DNA of 64,000 bases, taken from assembly GCA_964016885.1 (NCBI GenBank), contig OZ024743.1:197966001-198030000 (forward strand), in the 5' to 3' direction. The notes beneath the pieces are model-generated. The model saw nothing but the letters and a program-made list of their open reading frames with translations. It ran no database searches and had not been told where the DNA came from. Below, piece after piece: positions 1-14,308 of this stretch (the first letter of the stretch is position 1; the number at the start of each line of letters is the position of its first letter). This DNA comes from Eledone cirrhosa. Taxonomy: Eukaryota. The translations under genes were made by a program, and so were the position numbers.

Positions 1-912
1 GAAAAATACTGAACAACACAGGAAACTTCCACATCAACAGTGACATAGACCGCCTTTACTTGAAACGTAAGCAGGGAGGCAGATGCCTAACATCAGTCCA
101 GACAAAATTTGAATGTCGCATCATATCCCTCCGACAACATCTACGAACCTCGAAACAGATAAGATCATGAGAGTTGGGAAGGAACTCCTCAAGAGATATT
201 CCCTGTGTGATAATCAAAAACTCACACCCAGGTAAGTCGCTCAGCAGTACCGCAGTGAAACCATGGATGAAAAACTGCATGCTTATCAGCAAAAAATCAT
301 GCATGGATATGTTGCCAGTTATGATAACACCTAGTTGTGATAACAAGTGCAGACTGTGCAGAACTAACATCGAAGATGTCACCCATGTCATCATCAGCTG
401 TCCAAAGATGTCATTGCGGTACTATCTACCTATGAGGCATGATGTAGTGACCAAAACACTGTACAATGCAATGCGTAGAAAAGATAGCCCCGATAATAAA
501 CACATTAAAAGCTACAGCAATGTGGAACACATCCATGTACATAATATGAAAGAGTACTGGTGGAATGTTCCAGTAAAAACCCCAATAAAATGCAGGCATA
601 ACAGACTAGATATTATGATATGGGACAGGGAGGAGAAAGCATGCGCAGTGGTGGAAATTAGCTACCCATCAGATGCCAATATAATATCAAAGATTAGCGA
701 AAAGGAGAATATTTATGCAGAACTGATGAGAAATCTGCAGATACTCCACCCTGATTACACCTTCAGATTTATGCCTGTGATTATTGGGGCACTGGGGTAT
801 GTTAGTAACTGCCTCAATACAAATCTTGAGAAGCTAGGCTTCACAGGAATAGAAAGAACACAACTAGTTAGGAAATAACAAGTACAATCCATTAATGGAA
901 CAGTAAAAATAA
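1..912 (+). mobile_element. RLE-type non-LTR retrotransposon 3' fragment (R4/Dong-like): thumb, CCHC knuckle, restriction-like endonuclease
   Basis: ORF 174-878 has CRLC..THVIISC knuckle, RHD motif, NRLDIMIWD..VVEISYP (PD-(D/E)xK-like), EKENIY and PVIIGALG, the typical R4-clade C-terminus; truncated by the window edge. Confidence 0.85.
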
Positions 913-939
913 ACAAATAAATATATAAATAAGCAGACT

Positions 940-1232
940 AAATAAAGATGGCGTAGGCATACAATAGAACGGGAGGAAACATAATAGCACCACTGACGAT
1001 GTTGCAGATGTGCAACGAAAGAACTTTGTTAGACAATATATATATGTGTGTGTCTATATTGTATCTGTAATTTTGACCGTTGGTCAGTCAATGGTAAAAT
1101 TGAGGACCAAATAAATTAAATTAACCGATATAAAAGATACAGAAGCGAAAACCAACCAAACAGTGAGTGTGTTCTGTTATTAATTCTGGCAATATTATTA
1201 CACAAATATGACCCTCCCCAAGTATAACAATA
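940..1232 (+). mobile_element. PLE pseudo-LTR fragment (family A) with degenerate HHR at 989-1030, ending in (AT)n
   Basis: Similar to 49277-49556 and to the reverse complement of 47710-47986; CTGACGA-t-GTTGCA gatg TGCAAC-GAAA. Confidence 0.75.
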
Positions 1233-1241
1233 TATATATAT

Positions 1242-1348
<107 letters not shown>

Positions 1349-1788
1349 GTTGAGTATTGCCCTGGCACGTGCAACCTTATGGTAATTCTCAGTGAATCAG
1401 GGTGATAGGGTGTGTGAGAAGACTGAGCCATCTGCCATACTTACAAACGTTTTCCATTTGCCCATGTTTACTTATAAGTGTTGGCTTGACATGATGCTAT
1501 TGTTAGAGTAATCTACCCATCATGTCGTACAGTAGAATCGAACCTACAATCTCTTGATCGTGAAGCGAGAATGTTAACTGAAGTATAAGTACATACGTAC
1601 ATATCTACATACATATAAAGATACATATATACATGCATTCATACTTTCATACAAGCAGATGTACACACATGCACACATCTATGTTTGCGTGTGTAAATTT
1701 ATGTCTATATATATCTATCTGTATATATTTAAATATATATATGCATATATATATAGATACATATATATATATATATATATATATGCAA

Positions 1789-1869
<81 letters not shown>

Positions 1870-3291
1870 GCATATATATATATATATATATATGTATCTA
1901 TATATATATATATATATATATAATCAAAAGAGGCAAAAAGCTGTGATGTGAACGTCAAAATATGTTAGTGATGATGACAATAGCACGTGAGAGAATGTTA
2001 TAGGGACTTTACAAAGAAAGAGAAGGCAGTAGAGGTTTCTCATAATAAAGGCTTAGGGAAGGGAAAATAAAGAACCAAACATACCCCTGATTCCTTTCAA
2101 CCATGCGCACGTGTTGATTCGGTGGATTAGCACCGGAAGTGCGTAGCTAACCCCAGTACATCACCTGCACTAAACAGCACCATCAGTGTCAGCGTAAATG
2201 TTTAGAGGAGGAGACTGGATAAAAATAAAAGAAAACTATAGGTTACCGACATTCCTAGAAATCTCTAGAAAGAAAAGATGAAAAAATAACAATAACAATA
2301 ATAATGATGAGAGCAACAATATATACACAATGGTGCAAATAAAACGCTGAGAGGATATTTCTAAGCAAATGAGAATAGAAGATTCTTAAAGAACTTTGCA
2401 AAACTAGGTTGCTGAAAGAAAAGAAATTATAATAAAATACAAACGAAAATAAATACAAAGCGAATGAATAAAGAATGAAATAGAAGATGATGAGCAGGAT
2501 CTTCGAGGATAATGGGTTAAATGACCTAAACAGTTTGGGTTTTCAAAACAATTAGTAATTTTTAGGAGAATTTTATGACAATGTGAAAACGGCTAATGTT
2601 TCTTCAGACGGTTTAATGTCAATGACTTCTCTCGGGGAGAAAAACCAAAAGAGAATGGAACAAGTAGTAAAAAAAATACCAACAAGAAGAAAGAGAGAGG
2701 AACAATATAATTCCGTTTTATTTCCACTTCACTATGCTGACTTGAAGAATTCCGGATTGCAGTGTTTAGGAGAAGAAAGAATGTTGCGTTTAGATAGCGA
2801 TCATTTTAGTGAGATATCTTCTTATATTGCCTCTTGATGAAAATCAAGGGGTTGTGACGACGTTTGGAAAGAAAGATAGAGACAAGTAAAAGAGAATGAA
2901 ATGAAGTAAAAATAAATATTTGTATGTTGGAAAATACAATGGGAAAAGAATGGTTACAGTTTGATGTGGAGGCTGGGAACTGTAATATGGTGTCATTTCT
3001 ATGATCTATTGAAGTAAAAAGGAATAATTCAACGTTAGGGAATATTTCAACAATAACAACGTAGTAACACAAATAATACGAAAAATAGAACATCAAGAAG
3101 AAGACGAAAAGAAAGAAGAAAGAAAAAAGGAAAGAAGAATTGGGAGACAATGTCATCTAAGTGAAGCAATTAGACAGAAAATCAACGCCACATTTTGCAA
3201 GAAATGAACAGTTTTTGTTCGGACATTTTAATACACCGACCCATTCAGGCGGGTATCAACATGAATGTATGTTAGTCAATTATATATACTG

Positions 3292-3452
<161 letters not shown>

Positions 3453-3867
3453 ACAGGTAACAATATGTTGTTATAATCTGAAGGCTCCCATCAAATGAGA
3501 AACAGTATGATGGAGTGAATCATAAGCTTGCTATATATATATATATATTTATGCGTGTGTGTGTGTAATATATATGTTATCGTATGGCCGGATTTTTCTG
3601 CTTTGAGTTGTATGTGTTCATGTGCATATGTTTCTGTGTCTATACACGTATATATATTCAGTTAATACATGCAAAATGTCTGAAAAGTTTTACATACATT
3701 TTCATTTCCATTAATGGACCGTACATGCAATTTCCTAACTCTTTCTGGCTGTGTGAAGCACAGCTTCTCAATATTTGTATTGTAGCAGTTAGTAACGCAT
3801 CCTACAGAACCAATAATCACAGATACAAATCTAAAGGTATAGTAAGGGTTTAAAGGTTTAGTTACTG

Positions 3868-4830
3868 AAGATTCCTCATTATTTGAGAATAAATGTTCTC
3901 TTTTTCAGTCTTTTCTATTATATTACATCTGCTGAACAGCTGATTTCCACTACTGTGGATGCCTTCTTTTCGCTGTCCCATATCACTATGTCTGGTTTGT
4001 TGTGTTTGGATTTTATTGGGGTTTTAACATGAGTATTCCTCCAGTACATTTTCATATTTGTATGTATATGTCCTCCCCATTACTGTAAAATTTTATGTTT
4101 ATTGTCGCAGCTATCCTTTATATATGATTGCATTGTATAGTTTTTTGGCAATTACATCATGCCTCCTAGGTATATAGTACCGTAGGCTCATCTTTGGACA
4201 GCTGCTTATGAGAGGGGGTGACATCTTTTATGTTAATATCGCCGAGTCTGCATCTGTTGTCTATTCTAAGTGTTTTGCCTGTATCCTTATCTCTTTTATG
4301 AATCAGGTGTTTTGTAGTTATTTCGTGTTCCTGGATTGCAAAGGCATATCCTTCAAAATGAGAACCAATAGCAGTTGTTGGTCCAAGACAGGCTACTTTT
4401 CTTACCTATGTTACTCTCACTTTGAGCTTCCTGTCATCTTAGCCATGCATAATTTTCTGCTGATAAGCATGCAGGTGTCATCCATGGCATCATTGTGGTA
4501 TTGCTGTGCCATTTCTTTGGGAGTCAATTTTTGCAAGGAGTATTTCCCACGGAGCTCCTTCCCAACTTTCATGGTATTATCTGTCTCGTGTAGACCGACT
4601 TGTTCAATAGATGGTATCAGATGCTTGGTGGTTTGTAGATACTGTTTGGACTGATGTTAAACCCCTGCTTCCTTGTTTACGTTTCTGGTAGAGGGAGTCT
4701 ATGATGCTCTTGATATGGAAATTGCCGGTGTTGGTGAGGATACTTCGGGTTTTAAAATCGATGGCTCGGATATCATCTATCGCCCAATCAAGTATTCTGA
4801 ATGTTGTTGTTAGGATAAACAAAGCCTGGG
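3868..4830 (-). mobile_element. Second degenerate R4/Dong-like fragment
   Basis: The reverse complement matches 1-740 (KTRSILTNTGNFH..LYQKRKQGSRGL; aaaccagacatagtgatatgggac..gtggaaatcagct); frameshifted. Confidence 0.8.
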
Positions 4831-4962
4831 CTTTCCTGATGATTTCCTTCCAATGAATCAGTTCTAGTTCCGTAGATGCCATTTCTATATTAAATTTGTT
4901 GTATACACTCTACTAATGTATTGAGTACCTTACTTACTGTAGTAACCCCCGATTGGACCCAG

Positions 4963-4963
<1 letters not shown>
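4831..4963 (+). mobile_element. PLE pLTR fragment (family H) with decayed HHR
   Basis: Matches 28188-28311, 32726-32850 and the reverse complement of 59165-59295; core CTGATGA at 4836 but GAAA mutated to GAAT. Confidence 0.7.
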
Positions 4964-5061
<98 letters not shown>

Positions 5062-5203
5062 ATATATAGTTTAGAAAAAAAAGCCAGCGTCACAAAATAT
5101 TTACAATATGAATTCAAAGTAGGGAACGCACAGGACAAAGACAATGGAAAATAAGTCAACAACTGGAAATCACTACCCTTTCGGTTGGTTCATTAAGGTT
5201 GTA

Positions 5204-5251
<48 letters not shown>

Positions 5252-5254
<3 letters not shown>

Positions 5255-6456
5255 AAGTATGTATGTATGTATTCGTACATACATATATGTATACAGACGT
5301 ATGTACGTATACATACATATATGTATGTATATGTACATACATATATGTATACAGACGTACAGTAGTATGTATATATATACATACATGCACACACATATAT
5401 ATATATGCACGTATCGGTTTACCGAACATTTATTATAATGCTCGGTTTGTTTGTTTGTAAACAAACAAACAGTCCGAATTACGCCGTACAGTGTTTAGGC
5501 AACCACGTCACCTTTTTGTTCAACACTGACACAGGAACGATGTACTAGTTTTAAGCTTATTAGCTATCGTCAGCATCGTATACCTTCCTGCCAGATGGTT
5601 GAACGTCTGAAAGTATATACCTTCCTTATACATATTAACGGCTGAGCAGCCTAATTTGCATATCGAGTGAGTTCAGTCGGCCGGGCACACCGAAAACGAT
5701 AAATGGAATAGAATGAAACGAAATTTCATTTCTCACTCTTAGTACGGCACAAGGTCACGTGGTTGCCTAAACACCGTACGGCGTAATTCGGGCTGTTTGT
5801 TTGTTTACAAGCAAACAAACCGAGCATTATAATAAATGTTCGGGAAACCGATACGTGCATATATATATGCGTGCATCTATGTATATATATACATACTACT
5901 GTACGTCTGTATACATATATGTATGTACGTATACATACATACATACTTACATTTAAGTAAGTGCCGTACTAAGAGTGAGAAATGAAATTTCGTTTCATTC
6001 TATTCCATTTATCGTGTTCGGTGTGCCCGGCCGACTGAAATCACTCGATATGCAAATTATGCTGCTCAGCCGTTAATATGCATAAGGAAAGTATATACTT
6101 TCAGACGTTCAACCATCTGGCAGGAAGGTATACGATGCTGACGATAGCTAATAAGCTTGAAACTAGTACATCGTTCCTGTGTCAGTGTTGAACAAAAAGG
6201 TGACGTGGTTGCCTAAACACTGTACAGCGTAATTCGGGCTGTTTGTTTGTTTACAAACAAACAAACCGAGCATTATAATAAATGTTCGGTAAACCGATAC
6301 GTGCATATATATATGTGTGTGTGCATGTATGTATATATATACATACTACTGTACGTCTGTATACATATATGTATGTACGTATACATACATACATACTTAC
6401 ATTCAAGTAAGTGCCGTATTAAGAGAGAGAAATGAAATTTCGTTTCATTCTATTCC

Positions 6457-6462
<6 letters not shown>
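5252..6462. mobile_element. Older head-to-head insertion of the HHR repeat family (about 1 unit forward, 1.5 units inverted)
   Basis: Diverged homologue of the 466-bp unit; orientation switches at about 5750; flanked by (AT)n/(GT)n. Confidence 0.85.
6132..6174 (+). ncRNA. Minimal type I hammerhead ribozyme motif
   Basis: ACGATG-CTGACGA-tAGCT aata AGCTt-GAAA-CTAG-TA-CATCGT; stem I 6 Watson-Crick bp, palindromic stem III, GUA site. Confidence 0.85.
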
Positions 6463-6484
<22 letters not shown>

Positions 6485-6487
<3 letters not shown>

Positions 6488-8619
6488 TCGTTTCTGAATT
6501 TGTTTAGCAAGATTCTTTATCTGAAATCGTGTGTTGAAACCGATATTGTTATACTTTGGGAGGGTCATGTTGCCAATAAGAAACACACGCACCAGTTGCT
6601 TTCACTTCAATTTATTATAATAAATTTATAATAAATTTATAATAAATTTATAAATTTATAAATTTCTGGTTGGTTGGTTGGTTCCACAACCAGATAGTTG
6701 TTTATATATCGTCATAGTTCTTTCGTCACACACTCTGTGACCTCTTCAGTGACTGGGGATTCCTTTCTTTGTTTTTGTGCCTCTCCTTTGTTCTGTCCTA
6801 CGCCATTTTGTTTCTGTGTGTGTGTTGTGTGCTCAGTCTGCGCATGCGCCACATCCGGGTGTCTGTGTGTGTTTATGTTTATTTATTTATTTGTGTATTT
6901 ACATGTTACTGGTTGGTTGTTTGTTCTATGTGTGTGTGTGTTTTCATTTTGTCCTTAATTGTAAGTTGTGATGTTGCTGTTCCACTCATATTTTCTATTT
7001 AATTTTGGTTGTAATTCTTTTATGTTTATTGCCTCTGTAATTTGTCTAAACATTGCGTCTTTTCTGTGTGTAGATTCTATTTTTATTTCTATGTTCTATT
7101 TTAGCATGTTGGTAGAGTACAGATGATTCTTTACTATCTTGAAGGTCTCGCCAGTGTTCATTTATCCGTTCCCCTACACTACGAGCTGTCTCACCTATGT
7201 ACACTATATTTTTGTCTCTACATTGTCCTTCAGTTCATCTTATGCTATACACTACATTTCTAGTTTTACAGTTAATATGGGGGCTTATTTTACAGGTTAT
7301 ACATTTCTTATCTATACATGAGGGTCTTTGAAAAGGGTATGTCTTGCTAATAAGTGTTTTTACGGAGGTACCTGGTCTTTCTACTATCTTAATATTGAGT
7401 TTATGTTTATCTAGGGCCCTTCTAAATTTGTTAGCTAATTCACCTCTAGGGGTTGTATCGATGAACATTACACTCTGGTATTTATTGCTATCATACCATG
7501 AGTTTATTCTATTAGCCTTATTCCTAGTTCTTTCTATTCTATTTCAAAATTTGCTCCTATACAAGGGGCAGGTCCCATTTGTGTCATTATTTACCATTTT
7601 TTCCCATTTGGTTCTGGCTCCTCTATACACTCTGATTTTATCTCTCTGATTGTAGCCAGAGAACTGCATACGGTGGATGAAGTGTTGTATGTGTCTTTCT
7701 AGTTCTTCGGGGTTGCACATGCGGGACACGTTTCTCATCACCCGTACCAAATCCGCAATCAGTACGTTGATTTTGGTATGGTCCGAAACGGCCGAGTTTC
7801 GGTGGATCAGATGTTTGGAAGTCATGGGTTTGGCATAATGGGAATGAAGGATTTGTTTTTTGTTATTAATGGTATCTAACCAGAGCTCTGTGTCTAGTAC
7901 AGGTAATCGATGGTTGGGGTGTTTACTTGGGTAGTCTATAGTAACTCTAATGCTCTGGTGGATGGAGTTAGCTATTTGCTGGATGCTTTCCATTGTGTTT
8001 TTCTCTAGTTCCTGACTGTTTTATAGTGGGGGTGTCTTAACTACGATGTTTATATCATCAACGTAGCGGGAGTACATTATCAGGGTTAAGGGGTCTTCTA
8101 ATTGTTCTTTAAGTTTAAGTTTAAGTCTACTGTCCCACCATACCATGAATAAGTTAGCTATGTCGCCTACAATGCTAACACCAATGGCTGCTCCTTCCTC
8201 TTGGGCATATGTTTTTCCATTAAATTTGAACATATGTTCCTTAAGGGTTAGTTTTCGGCTGGCCCCTACCGCATGTGCAATCATTTTCTTCAGTTCATCG
8301 TGGTTTTCGGGTGTCCGTATGGCTCTGGTCCACCCGTTCCATCTATCTGTGTGGGTTTTCTTGGCCATTGAGGTAATGGTAGGTGGTCTGCCTCTTGCTG
8401 GTCTTGTAGGGCACAGGTTGCTAAGGTCATATGTGTCTAGGTAATTATTACTATAGGTAAGTTTAAGTAGGAGTCCCAGCTCACTGGTATCAATCCCACG
8501 GAACTCAACATTGCTCTCAATGATCATTTCTACGCATTTCTCCACAGCAAAATCCACGTCAATAGATGGATACAGGGACACAACATCCATACTACCTATT
8601 ATGCAGTTTGTTAGGTCCC

Positions 8620-8620
<1 letters not shown>
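6485..8620 (-). mobile_element. 5'-truncated Penelope-like element (RT, thumb, Cys linker, GIY-YIG, 3' pLTR family B), frameshifted
   Basis: [26 protein letters not shown] (8021-8620); LPVLD..HSHYAKP (7544-7993); CIDKKCITC..NVVYSI linker/EN start (7235-7468); (AT)n at both ends. Confidence 0.9.
6711..6753 (-). ncRNA. HHR motif in PLE pLTR (family B)
   Basis: GTCA-CTGAAGA-gGTCACA gagtg TGTGAC-GAAA-GAAC-TA-TGAC. Confidence 0.75.
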
Positions 8621-8688
<68 letters not shown>

Positions 8689-8699
8689 CTGTGTGTGTG

Positions 8700-8740
<41 letters not shown>

Positions 8741-8753
8741 TAAACATACATAA

Positions 8754-8837
<84 letters not shown>

Positions 8838-8855
8838 TTACATAAACATACATAA

Positions 8856-8940
<85 letters not shown>

Positions 8941-10403
8941 CTACCACAGACGTAAAATTTTTCGAATTATTGTTTGATATCTATTAAAATATATTTGGAT
9001 TCTGAAAAAAGATTTAGAAACTTTTATTGATTTTGATTTGCACGTTTTGTGATTATATTTCGTATTCAGTGACTTATAACAAATATCAACAACCCTGTGT
9101 CAACGCTACATACCTGCAACGCAGGCTGAACAGTATGTTTAGCAGATAGTCTCGGTTAATTTCGATCAATTAACCAATGACCTAATAATCAGATTTGGTT
9201 CGAGTCTTTGCTTCAGTTGTTATCTGACACTGATGAGTTGTAATTCTCTACAACGCATGTCAGACAAGATACCACACCATCACACTGAGAAGGTCATTAA
9301 ATTAATTTATTTATTCGCTGAAAAAAAAACAATTTTGCTATACGGGTCAAATATGACCTCACACTGTGTCTTATCGAGTGTCAAACTACGATATTATTTT
9401 TTTTATATTCACGTTGCTTCAGTATATTCAGCTGAAAATAACTATCAGCAATAGCTGCGGGTTTAACCCTACGATGGACTGGCGTACTGTCCCTGGGAAG
9501 TGTTGCACCCTCGGTTTCTGTTAAAGACACGTGATCGAATTGCGTCCCATCCGTGACAATTTCGTCTGATTGTAGTCATAGAGCAGCTGCTTCTGGTCAA
9601 CTTCGTCAGTGTTCGATGATCTCACTGAGACGTTAATTTCTTAATTCTTCACAACTGACTTCTTTCCAAACAGCGCCTTTTGTGACTGATTAGTCATATG
9701 TGCGCTCAACCTGGATCCTCATAATACCCTCAATAGAACATTGTTCAGGCATTTGTCTCTACCACAGTGGAGAACTTCACTCTTTATTTTGCATTAACAT
9801 CACTTTAGATGCGTGAATGTTCAAAGTCTTTGACACCTCTATGGACAGCTGATCCCCAGTTGCCACTGTCATTTGCTGTAGCTACACTATTATTATCCAA
9901 TGTTTTTTTTAATGAATATCTATTACTACGTTATCAAATGTGTTATCCCATGTGTAAAATTTGTCTTGAGAGAATTTTAGCTGCTATTTTTAGAGCGACT
10001 ATATAAAAGCTATCCAGCTAGGTCTGTTGGATGGTCAACGACTCTGACTTATAATATCATTTACAGATTTTGGTAGAAAATACAAATGAATATACGTGTT
10101 GAAAAACACGATTTTATATATGTGTTTATGGACATTACACACAATAAGCCTATATGCTTATGTAATATAGGTGCAAAATAGTTTTGAATAACCTTTAATT
10201 TAACAGTTCTCATGGACCCAGGTTACAATCCTGTATTTTCGATCCCAGATTTTCCCCATCCAATTCTCCGCTGAGCACCATATTAACATGATCAACTTTT
10301 TCAAACCTCAACAATTTTATAGGCCCAAACGAGATTAAGTCTGAAGTCACGGTTGTTTTGTAAATTGATAATTCGTGTCACGCTTATGATTCGTTATATT
10401 TCT

Positions 10404-10621
10404 ATTTCATGTGATATACACACAATGTACAGTAGAGTTGTATATATTGCTATTTCATGTGATATACTCACAATGTACAGTATAGTTGGACATATTTCTA
10501 TTTCACTTGATACATATACGATGTACACTGTAGTTGGGTATATTAGTATATCACTTGGGTATAATGTATACTATAGTTAGGTATATTGACATTTCACTTA
10601 ATACATACACAATGTACACTA
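10404..10621. repeat. About 48-bp degenerate minisatellite, 4-5 copies
   Basis: Repeated atttca(t/c)..gata.ac.c.caatgtaca.tatagttg. Confidence 0.75.
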
Positions 10622-12229
10622 TTCTTTTCCAGTTTGAATTCCTTTGGTAATTAACAATCCTCCTTAAAATTCCTTCGTTGGATAAAATTTCTCCACTGAG
10701 AGCTAAGAGCCTTCCGTTTGAGAATCGTTGTTTTGGGCCATGAAGATCTACTTTACAAGCTTCTGTCGGCCATTGATTCATTTCACTGAAAAACATTTAC
10801 AGTGACATTGATTAAATATTTCTGGAATTCAAAGAATCTGGCTAAAGGTAACACAGTTCCAAGGAGACAAATGTGACAAGTAAGCTTCAGTCGGTAATAC
10901 AGGTCAATAACATAACAAGATAACATTCCAAAGCCACTTAGCAGTGTCGAAAAACAAACTCCATTTTTCTGAACTATGCCTATAAGATATTTTTTATTAT
11001 TATTTTGGACACCATTATTGTAATGGCAGCTTTTTAGAGCAAAACGAAAATCCTACCTGGGTAATGGCTGAAATAAAAAAAGAAAAAATATATAAATATA
11101 AACGTAGAGCATTAAGTATTTATCTAAAAACGGCATAAAACAGCACGGGAAAATGAAATATAAATATTACAATCTTTTGTAAACAGCTTAACTATAAAAG
11201 AAGCAACAGTGCCGCCTACACGCTGGCAGGGGTCGTAAAAACTTGCTTAATGTAAGCTAAATGCTGCGAAGGAGTCAAGAGAACTTTGTTAATTCCCCTT
11301 GCCAAACATGATTCTTATGGCGGCAGGAAATAAAACAACAGTTTATACCTTGTTAGCGTAGATTACACTTCTAAAACTGCTTCTATTATGTGTTTTGTTG
11401 TTTATCTCTATTGTTTTATATATATAGACGCATGTATGTACATACACATACATTCATACATACATACATACATACCTACATACATACATACATACATACA
11501 TACATACATACATACATACATACATACATACATGCATACATGCATATATACATGCATATGTACATATACATACATACTTACATGCATATATACATACACA
11601 CATACATATATACATACATACAAACACACATACATATATACATACACATATAAATATATACATGCACACAAATATTCATTAGTGGTATAGTAAAGATTTG
11701 TAGTGCATTTAAAAAATCCTAAAATTAAGTTCCCTGAAATGCACATAAAACAATCATATTTATGCATACGTCATACTCACGCACATATAAAGAGGTATTA
11801 CACAATAAAAATAAAGTGCTTACATACACACACGCACATTCACACACACAGATATATATATATACTTGTCACATTTGTCTCCTTGGAACTGTGTTACCTT
11901 TAGCCAGATTCATTGAATTCCACGGAGTGCAAGTAAAATATCCACTGAGTGCAAGTATATCTCTATATATACCTTCAAATGTGCACACAATAATGCACTC
12001 ATATGTTCAGAAATGTCTGAAACTATCATGAGTCTAACGTAAAAGCAATGTTATTTCATTGTCAGTGACTGGCTTGAATTCTGCGAACAGAGCGAACGAA
12101 ATAATTGTATTACATTTATTTTACTTAATATCACAATTATTTATAATACATCAGAATTATCATATATCTCAATTAACAGCACTATAGCAATGTTATACTC
12201 TCCAAAGCACAAGACCGGGAGTAATCACC

Positions 12230-12405
12230 CATACATGTCAGTCTCCCCTCTCCTCGCTACCAATGTTGTCAAAAGGAAAGGCAATGGCCGATACAACTTG
12301 GCACCAGTGATTTTGCAACTCATTTCTACAGCTGAGTAGACTGGAGCAATGTGAAATAAAGTGTCTTGCTCAAGAATACAACGCATCACCCGGTCCGCGA
12401 TACGG
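12230..12405 (-). mobile_element. CORE-like SINE fragment
   Basis: Reverse complement gcgttgtattcttgagcaagacactttatttcac resembles the CORE-domain start. Confidence 0.55.
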
Positions 12406-13342
12406 AATTACAAAGAAAACCTCGACTTTGAACAGTAAGAAGTGTTTCCTAATTTTACTGATTCTAAATAGAAGACCACCCGGCTGGGATTTCCGTACCC
12501 TATAGAGAAATATAAATACGTTTGGCTCATTTCTTAGATGCTTAGTTACTGTTGTTGCTGCTTGTTGTTGTTACTGTTAATGTAGGGTAATTTTAAAGCT
12601 TCCACTGTATATTTTGTGAAGTACCGAACAGTAGACAATTGTCGACAGGATATAGTTAGAAAGATGCAAAGTAAAAACACTACTTAGAACGAGACACAAG
12701 CAGTAATTTGAAAGGAAATAGATGCGAACGTCACATGTGACAGGAAACTCTATTTATGTATACGAAACGGAACCGATAAAACCATAAACACAAAGAATGA
12801 TACTCCAGGGGGTTTCAGGTAGTATTTAAGAAGGCAAGCTGGCGATTCTGCTGTTGATAAATGCACATAAAAGAACAAGGGTTATTTGCAGCTGGTCGTA
12901 TTAAGGTGTATCAACATTTCACAAGTATTAGTTTTTGTTCTGAATATCATTCCCAAGAGTACCTTCAAATAATGCAGCATTATTTAGAGAAGGAGTCTCT
13001 TTTAATAGAAGCTGTGTGGCAACTGGAATATATTTTGTACAGCAATCAATCAGTAAAATCTTGACCAGAGAGTGAGAGAGAGAGGGAGAGAGAGGGGGTG
13101 ATAGAAAGAGAGATGAGAGAGAGAAATGAGAAAGGTGTGCGAATGGCAGGATTATTTGCTTGTATTGTTGAAAATATAATGAAACTATTCTTTTGAATCT
13201 AATCTTTTACTACTGTTAGTTAAAACCTTTAAAATATTGGTCAACTTTTTAGTCATACTACAGAGTTACTTACAAAAGAATAAGCCACCATGCAATAGCT
13301 ATTATCTGCAAACGAAAAGAGGAGTGTATTATTGAGTGATAA

Positions 13343-13381
<39 letters not shown>

Positions 13382-13387
<6 letters not shown>

Positions 13388-13677
13388 GATAAGAAAGGAG
13401 AATACTGCCTGATTTGCACATGGGTTACATATGATAAAAATAGTCCTTCGTCAGTGATTTTCCAACCATCATTGGTATTTCATGTTTGTTTACTTGTCTC
13501 GCTCGCTTTACGCGATTTACTTGTCCCAATCACTTTATTTAGCTATTGCTCGCACCAACTGGAGGTATATGATTTTTAATGCGATGAAATACCAATGAAG
13601 GATGGAAAATCACTGATGAAGGACCATTTTTATCATATGTAACCCATGTGCAACCACACAGTATTCATTCTTCTCAT

Positions 13678-13681
<4 letters not shown>
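13382..13681. mobile_element. Fold-back insertion in (AT)n (about 100-bp arms), GAAATACCAATG family
   Basis: Arms 13382-13483 and 13584-13681 are reverse complements; the spacer resembles 39118-39232. Confidence 0.75.
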
Positions 13682-13716
<35 letters not shown>

Positions 13717-14018
13717 GTGGGAGGGGAGGTAGAGAGAGTGGGTGAAAGCTAACAGAAGGAATGACGTACATCTGTTGAACAAGAATCTTGTATGTATATA
13801 TGAATGAACCTCTAACTCCTGGTGAAGTCCTAAGGGAGCCGTAAGGTCATACACCGTTTTATGGCCATTTTCTAAACTTGATGGAGCCCAATTTCTCTCC
13901 AAATGAAGAAGGACCTCAGCAAAGTGAAAACATGTAAATCATTCCTTTTTAAGCAAACATTTGAAAATGTAGCAGTCCTAAAGAGAAAATGAATTTAACA
14001 ACACCCTATCACCATAAA

Positions 14019-14308
14019 TAATTGTTTTTACTTTAGGCACAAGGCCAGCAATACCCAGTACATTACTGGTACTTTATTTTATCGACCCCGTAAGGATGAA
14101 AGGCAAAGTTTACCTCGGTGGGATTTGATCTCAGATCGTAAAGGGACGTAACTACGCTGGAAAGCATGTCCGACCCTCTACCGATACACAATTCACCATA
14201 AATAATTGTTTCTACTTTTGGCACAAGGCCAGCAATTACCCAGTACATTACTGGTACTTTATTTTATCGACCCGGTAAGGATGAAAGGAAAAGTTGACCT
14301 CGACGGGA
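14019..14308 (-). mobile_element. tRNA-derived Nin-domain SINE plus tandem partial copy
   Basis: Reverse complement gcctttcatccttacggggtcgataaaataaagtacc present twice. Confidence 0.85.

Noticed and set aside
2230-3200. Possible old LINE remnant (also 62290-62630)
   Set aside because: Strand-biased composition is suggestive but I cannot read a diagnostic motif
8621-8947. N-terminal extension of the PLE RT ORF
   Set aside because: Read-through of flanking (AT)n; the element is truncated at 8620
9230-9265. CTGATGA-GTTGTA..TACAAC-G-CATG-TC hammerhead
   Set aside because: GAAA is missing and stem I is poor; at best a decayed relic
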